From positions 225,243 through 289,242 of the forward strand of contig RHPI01001292.1 in NCBI GenBank assembly GCA_009103225.1: a DNA stretch of 64,000 nt. The letters are read 5' to 3'. Origin of the DNA: Chlorokybus atmophyticus (taxonomy: Eukaryota; Plantae; Mesostigma and Chlorokybus algae). The position numbers and the translations under genes are program-made. The notes below the pieces were generated by a model, which searched no databases, was not told where the DNA came from, and saw nothing but the letters and a program-made list of their open reading frames with translations. Shown in pieces: positions 35,192-48,556 of the stretch; the first letter of the stretch is position 1, and each line of letters begins with the position of its first letter.

Positions 35192-37243
35192 GGCATCGTG
35201 CGTGTGCGTGTGTATGTGTATATACATGGTACGAAAGAGAGAGTGTGTTTGTGCACGTACATGGGTGCATATGCGTCATGTGGGTGAGCGGATCAGTGCG
35301 TGAAGATCCAATGTGTGTGCGCCTTCTTAAGCCCCTGTGCTGTTAATACCCCACGTTTTTATCTCTACTCCCTTTCATATCTTTGCAACCGCTGTTGACT
35401 GGTGTATCCTACATGAACACACCAGGCAAATCACGATCACGTGCAGCATTGCATACAGCTTTGCAGTGTGCTTTTTGCTGGCCAGCTAGGTTGCACTCAT
35501 TGATCATGATCGTCTCGTGGCACAACAATACAGCATTTGAATCATTTTCTGTCTTGTGCACTGCTGCACACTCGGCAAAACACAACATTACTATGCAAGC
35601 GTTTGGATGCAGCGCATGCACTGTCTTGGTGGTTGTATTCAAAAGTTTCTTTGTTTGCATTGCTTGGTGTTGGTTTTTCGAGTTTGCACGTGCGTGCGTA
35701 AAGGGGTGAAGGGGGGCGTGCACACATGATGACGGCTGTGGTTGACTGCTGCTGTATATGGGTATGTGCATGTCGACTAACTGAGTGCGCATGCAAACAC
35801 GTTTTGAGCATGTATGATACAGCACCCAGTACATACTGTGCCCCGCAGGAGGGTGGCAGCCGCTGCCACCCTCCTGCGGCAGTGCTGTTCCAGATTGATC
35901 AGCACATGTGCAGCGCACAAACCAACAATCAACACCTACAGCTCTTCTTTGTGGTAGTCTTGCGCAGCGAGACTCCAATATGTGCTCTACTGGCTCTCGG
36001 AGCAAGGAGTGAGTGTATTGAGTCTTAGCGCCTTCAATACAGCCACATATGCTATGACTACTGCAGACAAGCAGCCAAGGCCAGGAGCATCGTGGCACAG
36101 TGCTCGCACACTACACACTGGGGGTCCCATCAAGGTCAGAGCTACCAACAGACCAGAGACTGAGCTTTCATATATGGTCTCGTGATGACTTCACATGGGT
36201 CAGTTCCTTTGTTGCAAAGTTTCAGCTCGCTTGATTGTGACCATGCAGTGCGTGCCGCCTGTGGTGGATTAAAACTGCACCAGAGTCCAAGTGGTTCATA
36301 CCAAACTGCCACTGCTATTGCTGTGCCTCAAATTCTCAGTCGTGGCTAGAGGTATTCGCTTGTTTGTGCCACCGGCTTGCGTTATGCTGGCATCCGAATC
36401 CTGTTAACACTGTCTCTGCGAAGAACCCAACAAGGTTAGCAGCTGCAAACAGACGTAGTCCATCATATAGGTGTCTTAGTCCAAACTAGGCGGACAATGC
36501 AGGCAACTGCCTTGTTCGATACCTGTTGGCCAGGCAGAGGCTCTGGAGCTGTCACCATAGGCAGCAGCTGACCTGCAAGGAGCAGCAGTCAAGACGAGCA
36601 GATTTGCACTGCAGTCCGACACAACAATGCCGCTAATGTGTGATTGAATGTACCAATTCTGAGCTGTACTGTAAACTTTAGTGACTTGCACACACATCCA
36701 TACGCACGCAGCCATGCGGGCGTGCCCGCATCATCACTCGCAGAGAGGCACGCGCACACAAATACTCCAACCATAGCACAGCGCGGGCATGAGCGTAAGC
36801 TGGCACAAGAGCTGTACTTACTGCTTGGCGTGACTCCAAAGAAGAACGGGTCCGTTTGTTCCAGCAGTGTCTCAAGCGGGAGGGAGGTTGCGCTTGCGGT
36901 TGGTTCGGCCAGGAAGGAGGCGCCCAAGGGTGGGGCCTGCAAGCTGCCAGCATTGGTTAAGGAGTAAGCTGAGGCCAACAGAGGCTGAAACGCTGAACTT
37001 CCGGGAAAGGGAAAATCAAACTCCGCGTGCGCGCGCGTGTTCATCCATGCGTTGGGCTCTCGCTGCGGCGGCGATCGCATCAACCAAGCAATGGCGGGCG
37101 TGAGTCGTTGCGCTACTGGTCTCAACACTGACTGGCCTAAAAACGTCAGCAAGTATGTCAGCCAGTTTCAGCGGATCTCACCTTATACAAAGTAGTACCT
37201 GTAGTGTGGTTGTCACATAGTATATGCAATGACCAATTGAAAG

Positions 37244-40200
37244 TCATTGCGTACATCTTATCTGGTATGCAGTACAGTAGTTGCTGTTGGAAAGTGCCGT
37301 ACCTGCCAGTGGTATGCTTGCGGGCCTGGCAGCCTCTATGATCAGGCTGCTGGTTGCATGCTGCGCTGGGGTCTGCAGTAGCAGCGAGCTCGAGTCCTCC
37401 AGGTTGTTGCTTGGGTGGTTGAGCCGAACCGCGGTATCAACCAAAGGCGGCAATGGAGTGCGCCGCGGCGGGGACGCGGTCATGGCTTCCAGTTTCGCCA
37501 CCTCGTGCGCGGCTTTGGCGAGGATGAGCTCGGTGTACTTGCTCGGGGATTGCGGGAACGCTGCGGCGCAGGCTGCGTATAGTGCAGCAGCTTTCTGCAA
37601 TAGCCTGCAGGTAGGTACACAAGCAAGCACAAGTAAGCACATGCACCAAAAGAGTTTGCATCTATTGCATCTGTTAGTCACGAGGTGTTATTGTGTAACC
37701 ATCACCATGGCAGGAAACATGGTGACTAATTGCCGTACCTGTGCTCGGGAGTGTCGTCGTGTTTTGAGGGTGCTTGTGGTGGTGGTGCTCGGGCCTTCTC
37801 AGGACTTTCTACTGATGCTTGGGATGCTGTGCCATCATCTTCCGACATGCACGACAGCTGGCTGCCATTGTTGTTGTTGTTGTTATTGGCGTTGTCGTCA
37901 TCATCACCGTTGTCGTCGTCATGACAGTAGCGCGAAGGCCTTGGCAACATGTCCCGCTTCTTTTTGGCTGTGACCGTAACATCGGCTGGCTCGGATTGAA
38001 CTGCTCTTGTCTGTGATCTGGTTACTCGCTTGGGTGTTTGAGAGAATGTGCACCACCTGGGGTGGGTATCGCTGGGCGTGTTGCGCGCGCTGCGCTGGGC
38101 CGTTTTGGTTGTCGGCTTCAAGGACTTGTCTGCAAGCATTGCTGGTTAGTATGATAAAGACCTCGCGAGTTGCAACCATTATAAAGCTGTCAAGACGCTT
38201 GAAGCAGCTGAGGCAACATGCTTGCTTCCCACCACTCTGCTGCAATGAGAAGCAAGCAACAGTGTTGCATAAAAGCGAAACGATAGACTGGTCGGAAGCA
38301 AGCATAAGTGGTGTTGCATGACCGGAGAAGCTAGGCAAGACAAGTGGTTTGGTCACACACATGCGCGCACACCTGTTTGAGAGGGAGCAGCGGTGGCATC
38401 TGCCGACATGGTGCCGATGGTGTAATGTTGTATGGGTAGACCCGTCAGCTGGCTGGAGGTTCCAGATGGGCCAAGCCCTTGCTTGGCTTGCTCCCGCAAA
38501 GCGATGACAAGATCATCAAGGCGGGTAGCTTCCAGCTGCGCCAACTCGTCTTCATACGTGGAGAGCGGAAAGTTCAGCCAGTCTGCTGCAGCATGCCTAC
38601 CAGCCTGTTTCAGTGACAAGCACGATAGTGAGGGCGGCTTGAGTCAGTAACCAGCAACAATTGACTTGGTCCTGTCTGCGGTAGTGGACTGCCTCAGTGC
38701 GACATTCACCTCGTTTATCTTTGCACGGTCGTATGCATGCGCTGCGTCTTCTTTTGCCTTCCAGTTGCCCAAGAAGCTGACAGAAGCAAGTGGTATGGAT
38801 GAGCATGCAACATATTGGACATGCCAGTGGTCGGTAAGGACATGAATCAGCATTTGCACGCTCTTCAATGACACAAGCAGCAAGCTTGGTGGCTCACATC
38901 TTCTTGCGTGCACGGTAGATGTAAGCTTCCCAGCGGCCACCGGGCTCTTTGCTGATGCCCCGCATCACGTTATGGGGCTGCTTTTGGAGCTGCGTTGTTC
39001 AGAATTACCATGATCAGTGTCAATCATGCGTTCAACCACCACAGGGCAAGCGCACAGCTCTTCCTGTACGGTCAGCATGTATGAGACGAGGTAGACGTGA
39101 CCAACATACCTGCTGTTTTCGTCCATGTGAAGTGGAAGCCAGCTGTTGATGCCTCGCTGGGTATGCCGCGGACTTTGATGACTCTGCCTGCTTTTGTTCA
39201 AGCACCTGAAGGCATCATTTTAGGATGGGCTGGCAAGCGGGTGGCACTGAGCTTACACAAGATGACCACACGGTACACGACTTATGAACTTGGTTCAGAG
39301 TAATCAGCCGTGACAATGCAGCTTTGAGAGTTGCGCATTCAGCAAGCAAACCGTTGCAGCACGGTGCTGAGTGGCTCCAACACCCCACGTGACGCACAGA
39401 AGCACAGCGCCAAGCAATGCTAACCTTGCCATATGTGAGCCGCCAGTCTTCAATCTCCGTTTTTGTGTACGAGCTAGCTTGATTGTTGGTGTAGTGTCCC
39501 GCCTGTGTGCAGCAGTCAGGACTCAGCTTGCAAACAGCCCAGCCATGGGCAAGTGGGCCAGATTGGCAAGCCGAGTCCAACGCAGTGACAAGAGAGAGCA
39601 CCCACCTCTTCACCATTGAAGCACAGAGCAGCGATGTCGTACGCTCTTGCTGCGGCTTCGGCAGAGCTGAACACGCCGATGGTGAGACGGGCATACTTGG
39701 CCTGGTAGCGAGAACCAGACCTGCGTTGAAAGGGTTGAGCAGGTCTCAGACTGTGATGGCGAGTAGTACTAGCACTGGCCTGTTTGGAAGGCATGCAAGT
39801 ATCCTCACTTATGGTAGACACCGCGAAAGGTGTGGCGAGTATTGCGTGCACGGTGTGCTGGATGCGCTGTTTGAGTTGAGGTCATTGGCTGGCACGTACT
39901 CGCAGGCCGACGTCGCCCAGACGGGCAGTCTGGAGCTTTGTCTGTCTGCACTTTTCGCTTCTTCAACGGGGACTGCACTTCATCCTCGCTTTCACTATTT
40001 GTACCTGCAGCGTCTCCTTCCTGTGTGAGAGAGCATACAAATTACGTGGTGCATGCTGTAGAGTGCCCACTGTGCTTGCAACTTGTTGACCGTCAAGTGT
40101 GATACTCTGTGTGGACTTCTGGTTTGTTTTGCCAGAGCTCAGCCGCCATAGCAGGTGCGTTAGCAGTCAGTCCGCTACTTTTCCTCAGCACACATTCCAC

Positions 40201-40562
40201 TACTACTACCCACGGCTACGACAGTGCCATTTGAATCTATAACTGTGTGCCTGTGAGCAGCTGCTATCACAGTGTTTTTACGTTCATTAACGGGTGCCTG
40301 ACAGTGTGCGCTAGAACATGCGATCGGCACAGTGGTTTGCATGCAGTGCACACAATGCACTGAGCTTAAGCATGCACATCGTTGAAGCGGACATTCATGC
40401 ATTACCAGGGCAAGGTTAACAGGTTCGGCACACTGCAGCTGCATGCATGCTCGGTTTGCCTACCTGAGAGAGCAGCGGAGCAACAAGCTCCTGGGCAACG
40501 GTCGCCAGACTGTGCAGGGCGGAGCACTCCTGCAGCTCGTCAAGGTATTGCTTGTAACACAT
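37244..40562 (-). CDS. AP2/ERF-family transcription factor with two AP2 domains
   Basis: AP2-1: TFRGVYHK|SGSRYQAKYARLTIGVFSSAEAAARAYDIAALCFNGEE. AP2-2: MRGISKEPGGRWEAYIYRARKKI|FLGNWKAKEDAAHAYDRAKINE|AGRHAAADWLNFPLSTYEDEL. NLS-like PLKKRKV. First and last exons are tentative. Confidence 0.8.
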
Positions 40563-40900
40563 GGCTGTAGCAAGGCGCGTCCGTCTCTGGCCGCCCGATT
40601 CCAGCTGAACTTCAACCAAAAAGCTCAGCTCTTACTTCCCAGCGACAGCTAGCCGCGCCCCTTGAGCAGCAAGCCGCGGAGCCTCCAAAACAACAGGCAG
40701 CAGCAACAATCAACCCGCCCTTAAGCACACTGAAGCAAGTAAGCTCCCCTCTCTCCCTCAATGAGCCTGACCAAAGCACAGACCTTTGCTTGGCGCCACA
40801 CTTGCCTGCTGGTTACAGGGCGACCTGCCCAAGAAGCATCATTACCAACGTTGTAGCGGAAACTTCAGCTGACGGTCTGCCGTGACAGTCGAGCAGTGTA

Positions 40901-41058
40901 TAGCAGCCAAGCAGAGTGAGACGAGCAGAAGCTTGACCGCACCAAGCTTTTGGCAAATCTCTTGGGCAGCGCGGTGAAACTCTTTAGCATGCACTATCTA
41001 GATGCATCAGATCCATAGCTTCTGCGTAAGGATTGCAAGCAGATTGCATGCAGAAGAT
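40901..41058. repeat. 158-bp exact direct repeat, copy 2
   Basis: Identical to 30434-30591. Confidence 0.95.
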
Positions 41059-42427
41059 ATGGATCGCGTGCAGTCTAGTGCATGCAGCATGCAAAGTCCT
41101 AAGTTCTATTTGAAGGGAAACTATCAGCAATCAAATCTACCGACATCAACAGTAGTACTACTCAGCAGCAGTAGTACTACTGCTGCTGAGTCAGTACTGC
41201 TGCTGAAACAATCTACCGACCAGTTGTCACCAACCCATATGGCAAGCCGCACTGGAATGGGAGGGGCTCAAGTTGACAGTGATGAGCCTCTAAATATGTG
41301 CATTCATGCGGCGAAGAGAGTTAATCAATTGGATTAAAGGCTCAATTGAGGGCTGTTGCGCGGTACCGCCTGCGCATGCATGCAGCCCTGCACGCAGTTT
41401 AATCAGTCTCGTAGTGCTGAGAAACTCTGCAACGTCTGTTGAACTTTAACAGAGAAGCGACGACAGGCCCTGTCGTGTAGGGGCTTTCCTTCCAGTGAAC
41501 CTTCGCGCCATTATTGCGTTCTGTACGGACGCAGGCGGAGGGCGACGACATGTGGCGCTGACCGGGGTGTCACGCATCAAGCGCTTTGATGCGCGACATC
41601 CCCCCCACACAGTTGCATGAACTTGAGTTGGCCTGTCAACACGTCAAACCTTTGTACTTTGTGGCGACTTGTTGGTTACATGCGCGGTAAAGGGCGCAAT
41701 GATGTTATGTTATGATGGAGAAAGCGTCGTTGATGTACTCACTGGTAATTGCGGCCCTGCACCGTCGAGTCCGCTCGCTAATGAGGCAACTTATGATGGA
41801 AGTAGCTATTGTTGCATGCTCCGCGCGCCGCTTGTTGTCATAGCGCCGACAAGTAGACCCCAGTCGGAGATGGGCGATACGCGACAGCAATCGAGTTGTG
41901 CAGCAATCAGGACAGGTAATGTGCTGAATCCTGTGCATGACATAAGGTCGGGTCCGACCCCAGTATACGGGCCTTCTACCCGGGTAGAGGGTATTTTAGG
42001 TGCGGGACCCAACCTTCAATTACCGAGCCAGGTTACCTGACCTCAAGAGTAAGTATAAGCAAACAAGCCATATTGCCTAACAGCCAATGCGACCTTGCGT
42101 GAGTGATGTGTGTTGATGGGTCCCAGACGGCAGGTTTTGGAGAACCCGCCACATGTCAATACCTGCGTTGGGCCCTATGAAAGGGACATTGATGTGCATG
42201 CGTGTCTCGCACATCCACAGTCGTACTACGTGTGGGTGGCGCGGTCACACTGACAGACGCCTTTTTGCTTAGAGCTACAGCGCCAAAAGGGGGCTGTCAG
42301 CTTGAAGACGCTGAACTGCATGTTAAAGATATCATCGAGTCTGGTTGATACAGTGATATAGTCCATTCAATGATCCTTGATGACGCGCAAGCCTGCGACG
42401 GTCATGATCCTGTGATCTCAGATGGAG

Positions 42428-42717
<290 letters not shown>

Positions 42718-44452
42718 NACTAGCTCATTGCATAGTAGGTCATAGCATGCAACACACGCAACACACGTACTCACCTCACAGTAAGCGCATGTATCTAGCT
42801 AAGCCAGGCTACGTGGTCTACAACTACCACCTGCCTAGCCCAACCCCAACCAGCCAAGTACAGTACCTTTACAGCAGCCGGCTCGCGCGCGTGTCTGTGT
42901 GTGTGTGCGTGTGTGCAGGGAATGCACGGTTCTATGCAACACGCAGTAGTCACTCAACTCAACGGCATACCATGCAACAGCAAGACCACCGGGCGCTGTG
43001 TGTGCGCGCGCGCGCGCGAAAGGTATGCTGTGCTGTGTGTGCGCTTGCATGCTACTGTGCATGCAACCCATGCATCCATGTAGGCTGGCATGCATGATCA
43101 CAGGTGTAGAAAAGCTTATCCATCGCATGCCTGGGTGCATGCGTGTTCAATGGCATACAATCAAGCGTGCATGCATTGACTCTTACATTGCCTGTTGCAT
43201 GTCACATGCTGCCACGCAACGGTTGCGTGGCAGCACATCATGGCATGGGTGGGTGCACGCATGCATCTTGTGTTGGTGTAAATATGTTTGCATGTATGCA
43301 CTGCATACATGCAACCACGTGGCACGTGTGCAGCCTTCTGAGAGTGTGCTGTTGCATGCAGCTGATGTACATGCAATCATACGTTTACACGCGTGCCATG
43401 CGGTGCATGCAGTTGGTTTATGCATCGATGATATAACTTTTGTGTGCGTGACTGATTACATGTGCATACACGCATGCAAATGCACTAAAAAGTATATGCA
43501 TGCATATATGAACACGCACACGAACTCGTGACTGCTTGTGTTTGCACTGCAATGCCAATATCCTGCGTCTGTACGTCTGAATAAGTGAGTTTCACCGGTA
43601 CTGCGTGCCCAACCTTGTACATCCATGTCTCGTTGATAGAAAAACGCTAAGGGGCTCAACGCACAGCCTGCCACTGCTGACCTTTAGCAACTTGTGTATA
43701 CAAATAATCCATTGTTGCTCGACAGCCAAACCAACTGCACTGTTTGTATTGTTACTTGCATTGCAAACTGTGTTGTGTAATGTATCTTTGCGCATCAAGT
43801 GCGCAAGTGTGCATTAAGTGCGCATCAAGTGCGCACCACGGTTTGTGTACAATTTGGTTGCTGTGCACAGCTGTAGGGCGATAGTGAAGGTAGGTAGGTA
43901 ATACTGGTGTATATATAGACGGTGTGGTAGGTGATTGCGTTTGCATGCTTGTCATTGTTGTATGTACATACAATGCGAAATGGCAATGCACATGCATAGT
44001 GGCATGCACAGTCAGCAGCATGCAGAGTGACATAGCGCATACCAACAACACCACTGTCAGGTTGACCACCGGGTTCATTCACTACCTCACACGCTGCACT
44101 ATCCCTACCTGTGTCATGCATGCATGAATTGCGCATTGCATACTTCTGTACACCACCCATTTACTTGGGCTGGCGTGCTCGACTTGGATTGATAGAAGCA
44201 GAAACTATGCGCACAGAGTTTATGCTCTGGTGCTCTTATGCCACATGCATTCTTGATGTTGGTATGCATGCATGCTGACATTTTCCTGATGGAAACAACC
44301 CACATCAAATCGCGAGTATGTACATATTTGTATGCGTGTGTGAACGAGTGCATCGGCCAACAAATGCAGGCGGCTGTTGCCAACCATAATGAATGCAGCC
44401 CAGCCCTTGCACGACGTGACACACAAACGCAACCAGCACACAATATACCCTT

Positions 44453-46918
44453 CTATCGCAGCTGTTTGCTTGGAGCAGCATCAGAGCTCGAGTTAAGCTC
44501 AACAACCAGTTGGGTCCTACAGCGCCGGATGGAGCCGACGGGCTTACTGCATCGGGAACATCGGAAGAAGCGATCTGCTTCGCAATTGGCCCGCACGCAG
44601 TAGTAGCAAAACATGTGGCCGCAGTCAACGGACTCGAAGGGCGTGCGAGCGGGGTTGGTGAAGCATATTGAACACGCTGCGGCGGGCAACTCAGCGCTGC
44701 TGTGCGCTGGGGAGAAGCGATCAACAAGGAAGCGACGGATCTTGCCAATGTTGATCAAAGGCAGGATGAACAGCAGCAACTCCTGCACGGCAACACAAGC
44801 ATATTGGTATCATACATGAGCAGATATGTATGTGCTAGCATGTGTGCGCACGTGTGTGCTCGCATGCGCACAGTGGATGGGGGGAAAGGAGGGGCCCGCG
44901 AAGAGGGGNNNNNNNNNNNNNNNNNNNNNNNNNNNNNNNNNNNNNNNNNNNNNNNNNNNNNNNNNNNNNNNNNNNNNNNNNNNNNNNNNNNNNNNNNNNN
45001 NNNNNNNNNNNNNNNNNNNNNNNNNNNNNNNNNNNNNNNNNNNNNNNNNNNNNNNNNNNNNNNNNNNNNNNNNNNNNNNNNNNNNNNNNNNNNNNNNNNN
45101 NNNNNNNNNNNNNNNNNNNNNNNNNNNNNNNNNNNNNNNNNNNNNNNNNNNNNNNNNNNNNNNNNNNNNNNNNNNNNNNNNNNNNNCCCCCCCCCCCTCC
45201 ACGCGCAACCCCCCCACAATTGTCAACAGCGTTGCGGTAAAGACACCTCAACTGCTTGCGTGCACAATCATGTAGGTTGCACTGCAAGCGCACTGCACTA
45301 GTCACATAATATGCATACCGAGAGCTCTTGCCAGACAAGCTGGCGGTTCATGTACTCGAAGCTGACGGCGCGGTTCATGTTGGGGCGGCTGTACACCAGG
45401 CGAGCTTGAAGCACCCGCTCAATGAGCCTTGGGTACCTGACCAAGCACAAACACACGAGCCACCTACCATTACAACACAGCCAAACAACCACAAGTCATA
45501 CTAACAACCTCTCATACAAACGTGCTTGCCTGCCGAAGCGCAGAAACGCAAATGAGTTGAGAGTTTGCAAGACTCTCAGGCTGGCCTTCACGCGCAGCAA
45601 CGAGCGCCATGTGAGCGCACCCCATGGCCCACTCCACTGCCCAAATGTGCTCAAGCGGTCAAGCCTTTCCCAGAAATAACGCAAACCAAACTGTCACACA
45701 ACCACGTAAGCAGTGAGCAGCGGCAAAGACACAAATATGTACATGTGGGTGTCTTACTCTATGCATGAATATGTCCATTTGTTGCACAGACACAAAAGTG
45801 ATATACTAGTAGTGCACGGCAAATTGTGAATCAACAGCAGAACCCCGCTCACCGTTGCAATGCCGAATATAATGCATTGAGTCCTCGTCAACCCCGGGCC
45901 TTCAATCCCAGTGCGTTGAGGTAACTTGTGCATGGCGCGCTCATCACGGTACCTGCAGACAAACCAGGAGCCAATTGATGCACTCACCCACATTTAACAT
46001 GATCCAACATGCTGGCGGAGCAAAAATTACTCGCCTGACCTCAAGTTCATGAGCCCATTGCCGGGAGTGGGCTTCCCTCGCCATATGGAGAAATGAAACA
46101 CCAAGTACTCGAGCACAAGGACCAGCTCAGGCTGGAACGAAGACACAAGGCCGGGCTTGAAATGGGAAAACACCTGATTGAACCGACACACATGGATGTG
46201 TCAGCCAACCTCACCAAGCAAAAGTGCATGAAAGCTTCAACAAAGCAGCAGCCGCAGAAGTTTCGTCCTGAGCACACTTAAGTCAATGCAAGCCTGTGGA
46301 CTACAAGCAAAGTGGGATAGACAATACGGCCGCCAAGTCATACACACACTGTCACAACCAGCAGCAGGTCGCTGACTGGGCAAGAGCACCGGTGCTCAAC
46401 TTTTCAAACGCTGGCGAAGCACGAAGCACAGTTCCAGACAGCTCAGCTACTCACAGCTTGGTTCAACGCCATGTTTAACACGTTAACACAGGACAGGCAT
46501 GATGTGAAGAGCAATTTATTGGCATGGCAGCGACACCTGATTGCATGATCAGTCAACTCTCTTCTAAGCGAAGCAAACAGCATTCGTCATGTGTGTTCAA
46601 CTGAGGCTACTAACCGGTTAACATGTGTAGTAAGATTATCAGTAGAATCATCACACAGAGGCGCATGGCAAACCAGTAGCAGCCAAGCAGTCACCATGCC
46701 TTCATGAATTGCTCTTTCAGCATGCCAGTGAGTTCGTGGTCCAGCCGGACGGCATCAATCTGGTTGACTCGCAGGACGTTCAGCTCCCACGGGGGCGGCG
46801 GCGGCCGGCCTGAGGTTCCTGGACCATCCCCTCCAGACCCTGCTGCTTGCCCGCTTCCCTGCGCCCGCCTGGTTGCCACCGCCGCCTCCCACTCTCGCTC
46901 CCAGGCGTCCGGCTCCAT
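44453..46918 (-). CDS. PEX2: Peroxin-2 RING-finger E3 ligase
   Basis: LRVNQIDAVRLDHELTGMLKEQFMK|VFSHFKPG...KPTPGNGLMNLRYRDER, ARLVYSRPNMNRAVSFEYMNRQLVWQELS, and RING CSICFTNP...CGHMFCYYCVRANC...CSRC. Confidence 0.95.
44909..45186. other. Assembly gap (278 N) inside a PEX2 intron
   Basis: N run flanked by G and C homopolymers. Confidence 0.99.
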
Positions 46919-48033
46919 GGCCTGACGCCCGCAACCTTCTCCGCCTCCGCCAGGCCAGGCCAGGCCTGGTCAGGCCAACCCAAGCAGTCCGGGTCCCACA
47001 TACTGCCAGGGCCCCACTGGTTTAAGTTGGTCCCGGAGCAATGACTGCAGTATTGCCAGGTATAAGGACGTCCTGGGTTGGGACACTGCCATTCACCTTG
47101 AGCACATCGTTCCATTGCAATTGTGTTGAATTAAGGTTGGTACTTATGCACCCTGCATCACACACATCTTTACCATGTCGACTAGTTGATGATACAATGT
47201 TTTTGCATAAATGTCATCGTCATTGTTTCACTCATGAACAATGCTGTAAACATGACTTATCTGAACAACACACGCATAAAGTATACTGGTACGGTATGCG
47301 CTTTACGTGTTAAAGCTATTATGGCTATTCTTCAATTTGTGCTCACATACACGCATACAAAGAAAGACTTTGCATTAAGCATGCGCACATAGGTATGTGT
47401 ATTCAAGAATACGCACGCACGTGCGCGTACATTTTCACATATGGTTGTGCGACATTTACATTGCAAGGAGAAGCACGTGCTCTTGTTTATAATATCAACT
47501 TTTGGTATTGTGACTTAATGGTCAAGAACCCCTCGTACTGTATGGTATGTACATGCATGTATGTAAATTACACGTGTATATATGCACGCATGCATGCGCA
47601 AACGCACATACACATGGTGCACGTGATGCAGGTGTCGCACGCAGTGGGTAGATAGGCCTATGTGAACCATCATGAAATTCTTTCTCAAGAAGGTAAAAGT
47701 AGGCAAGGCGGTAGAGAGATCAAAAAAAGGGGCTTAACTCAATAGTCCACACATATTGGCGTAAGTGCGTGCATATCATATGTGGTTGTCTTTGATTGTG
47801 AGGCATGGTAAACGAAATGAACAAGTATTAGCATCATATTCATATCAGTGCGACAGTACGTTGACTCTTGTGCACAGAGCGAGCAAGGAAGAGAGAGAGG
47901 GCCAATGCAATCTCAACTATGTAGCTTGGACACGCACACAACAGGTACTTGCAGTGGCACATGGTATGCGACGTGCTTGTCTCGGCCATTATAATTGATA
48001 TTTTCATTATGATGTTGTGTTTATGCATGTGAG

Positions 48034-48037
<4 letters not shown>

Positions 48038-48084
<47 letters not shown>

Positions 48085-48249
48085 AACACGTGTGCTAGCA
48101 TACGCGTTATGCATACCGGTGCAATCGGTGCACCGGTGCACCGATTGCACCGGTGCACCGGTGCAATCGGTGCACGCGTTATGCATACCGGTGCAATCCA
48201 AACTGTTCTCGATACACGCACGCGCGCAGAGAGAGAGAGAGAGAGAGAG
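48038..48249. repeat. Palindrome-rich element bounded by inverted (TC)n and (GA)n tracts
   Basis: (TC)n at 48038-48078, perfect 40-bp palindrome at 48115-48154, repeated ccggtgca/gcaatcggtgca units, and (GA)n at 48228-48249. Confidence 0.8.
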
Positions 48250-48419
48250 GCCCACGGCAAGGTCGCCGGCCGTCGTCGCATGGGCAATGCGAACACAAAT
48301 GTTGCGAGAGAACACTCGCGATTGCTCGCGGGATACCAGTTGTGTCATACAACCGACCATTGCTTTACGCTAACCGTCCGATGAGCTCCAACGCTGATTA
48401 ACACCGTGCGATTGCGGCG

Positions 48420-48435
48420 GGAAGCCTCGAGAAGC
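48420..48435 (+). promoter_or_regulatory. Putative heat-shock element (nGAAnnCTCnnGAAn)
   Basis: gGAAgcCTCgaGAAgc, one mismatch to the 3-unit HSE, about 125 nt upstream of the ROF1 ATG. Confidence 0.3.
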
Positions 48436-48556
48436 GCGGTAAACAGCACGTAGAGTTGAGAAAGACAGTCAGCGAGCCAGAGTGCATAGTGTATAGGCGA
48501 GGTGGTCGGTGGTGGTGAGGAGGAGTCTGTGAAGTACTTGGGTGTTGTTAGCAGCG

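Noticed and set aside
35409-37152. Possible extra minus-strand gene (MNTRAHAEFDFPFPG... and downstream segments)
   Set aside because: Could not build a frame-consistent model or recognise a domain. Unresolved rather than disproved.
44702-45338. ORFs spanning X runs
   Set aside because: Artefacts of the N gap.
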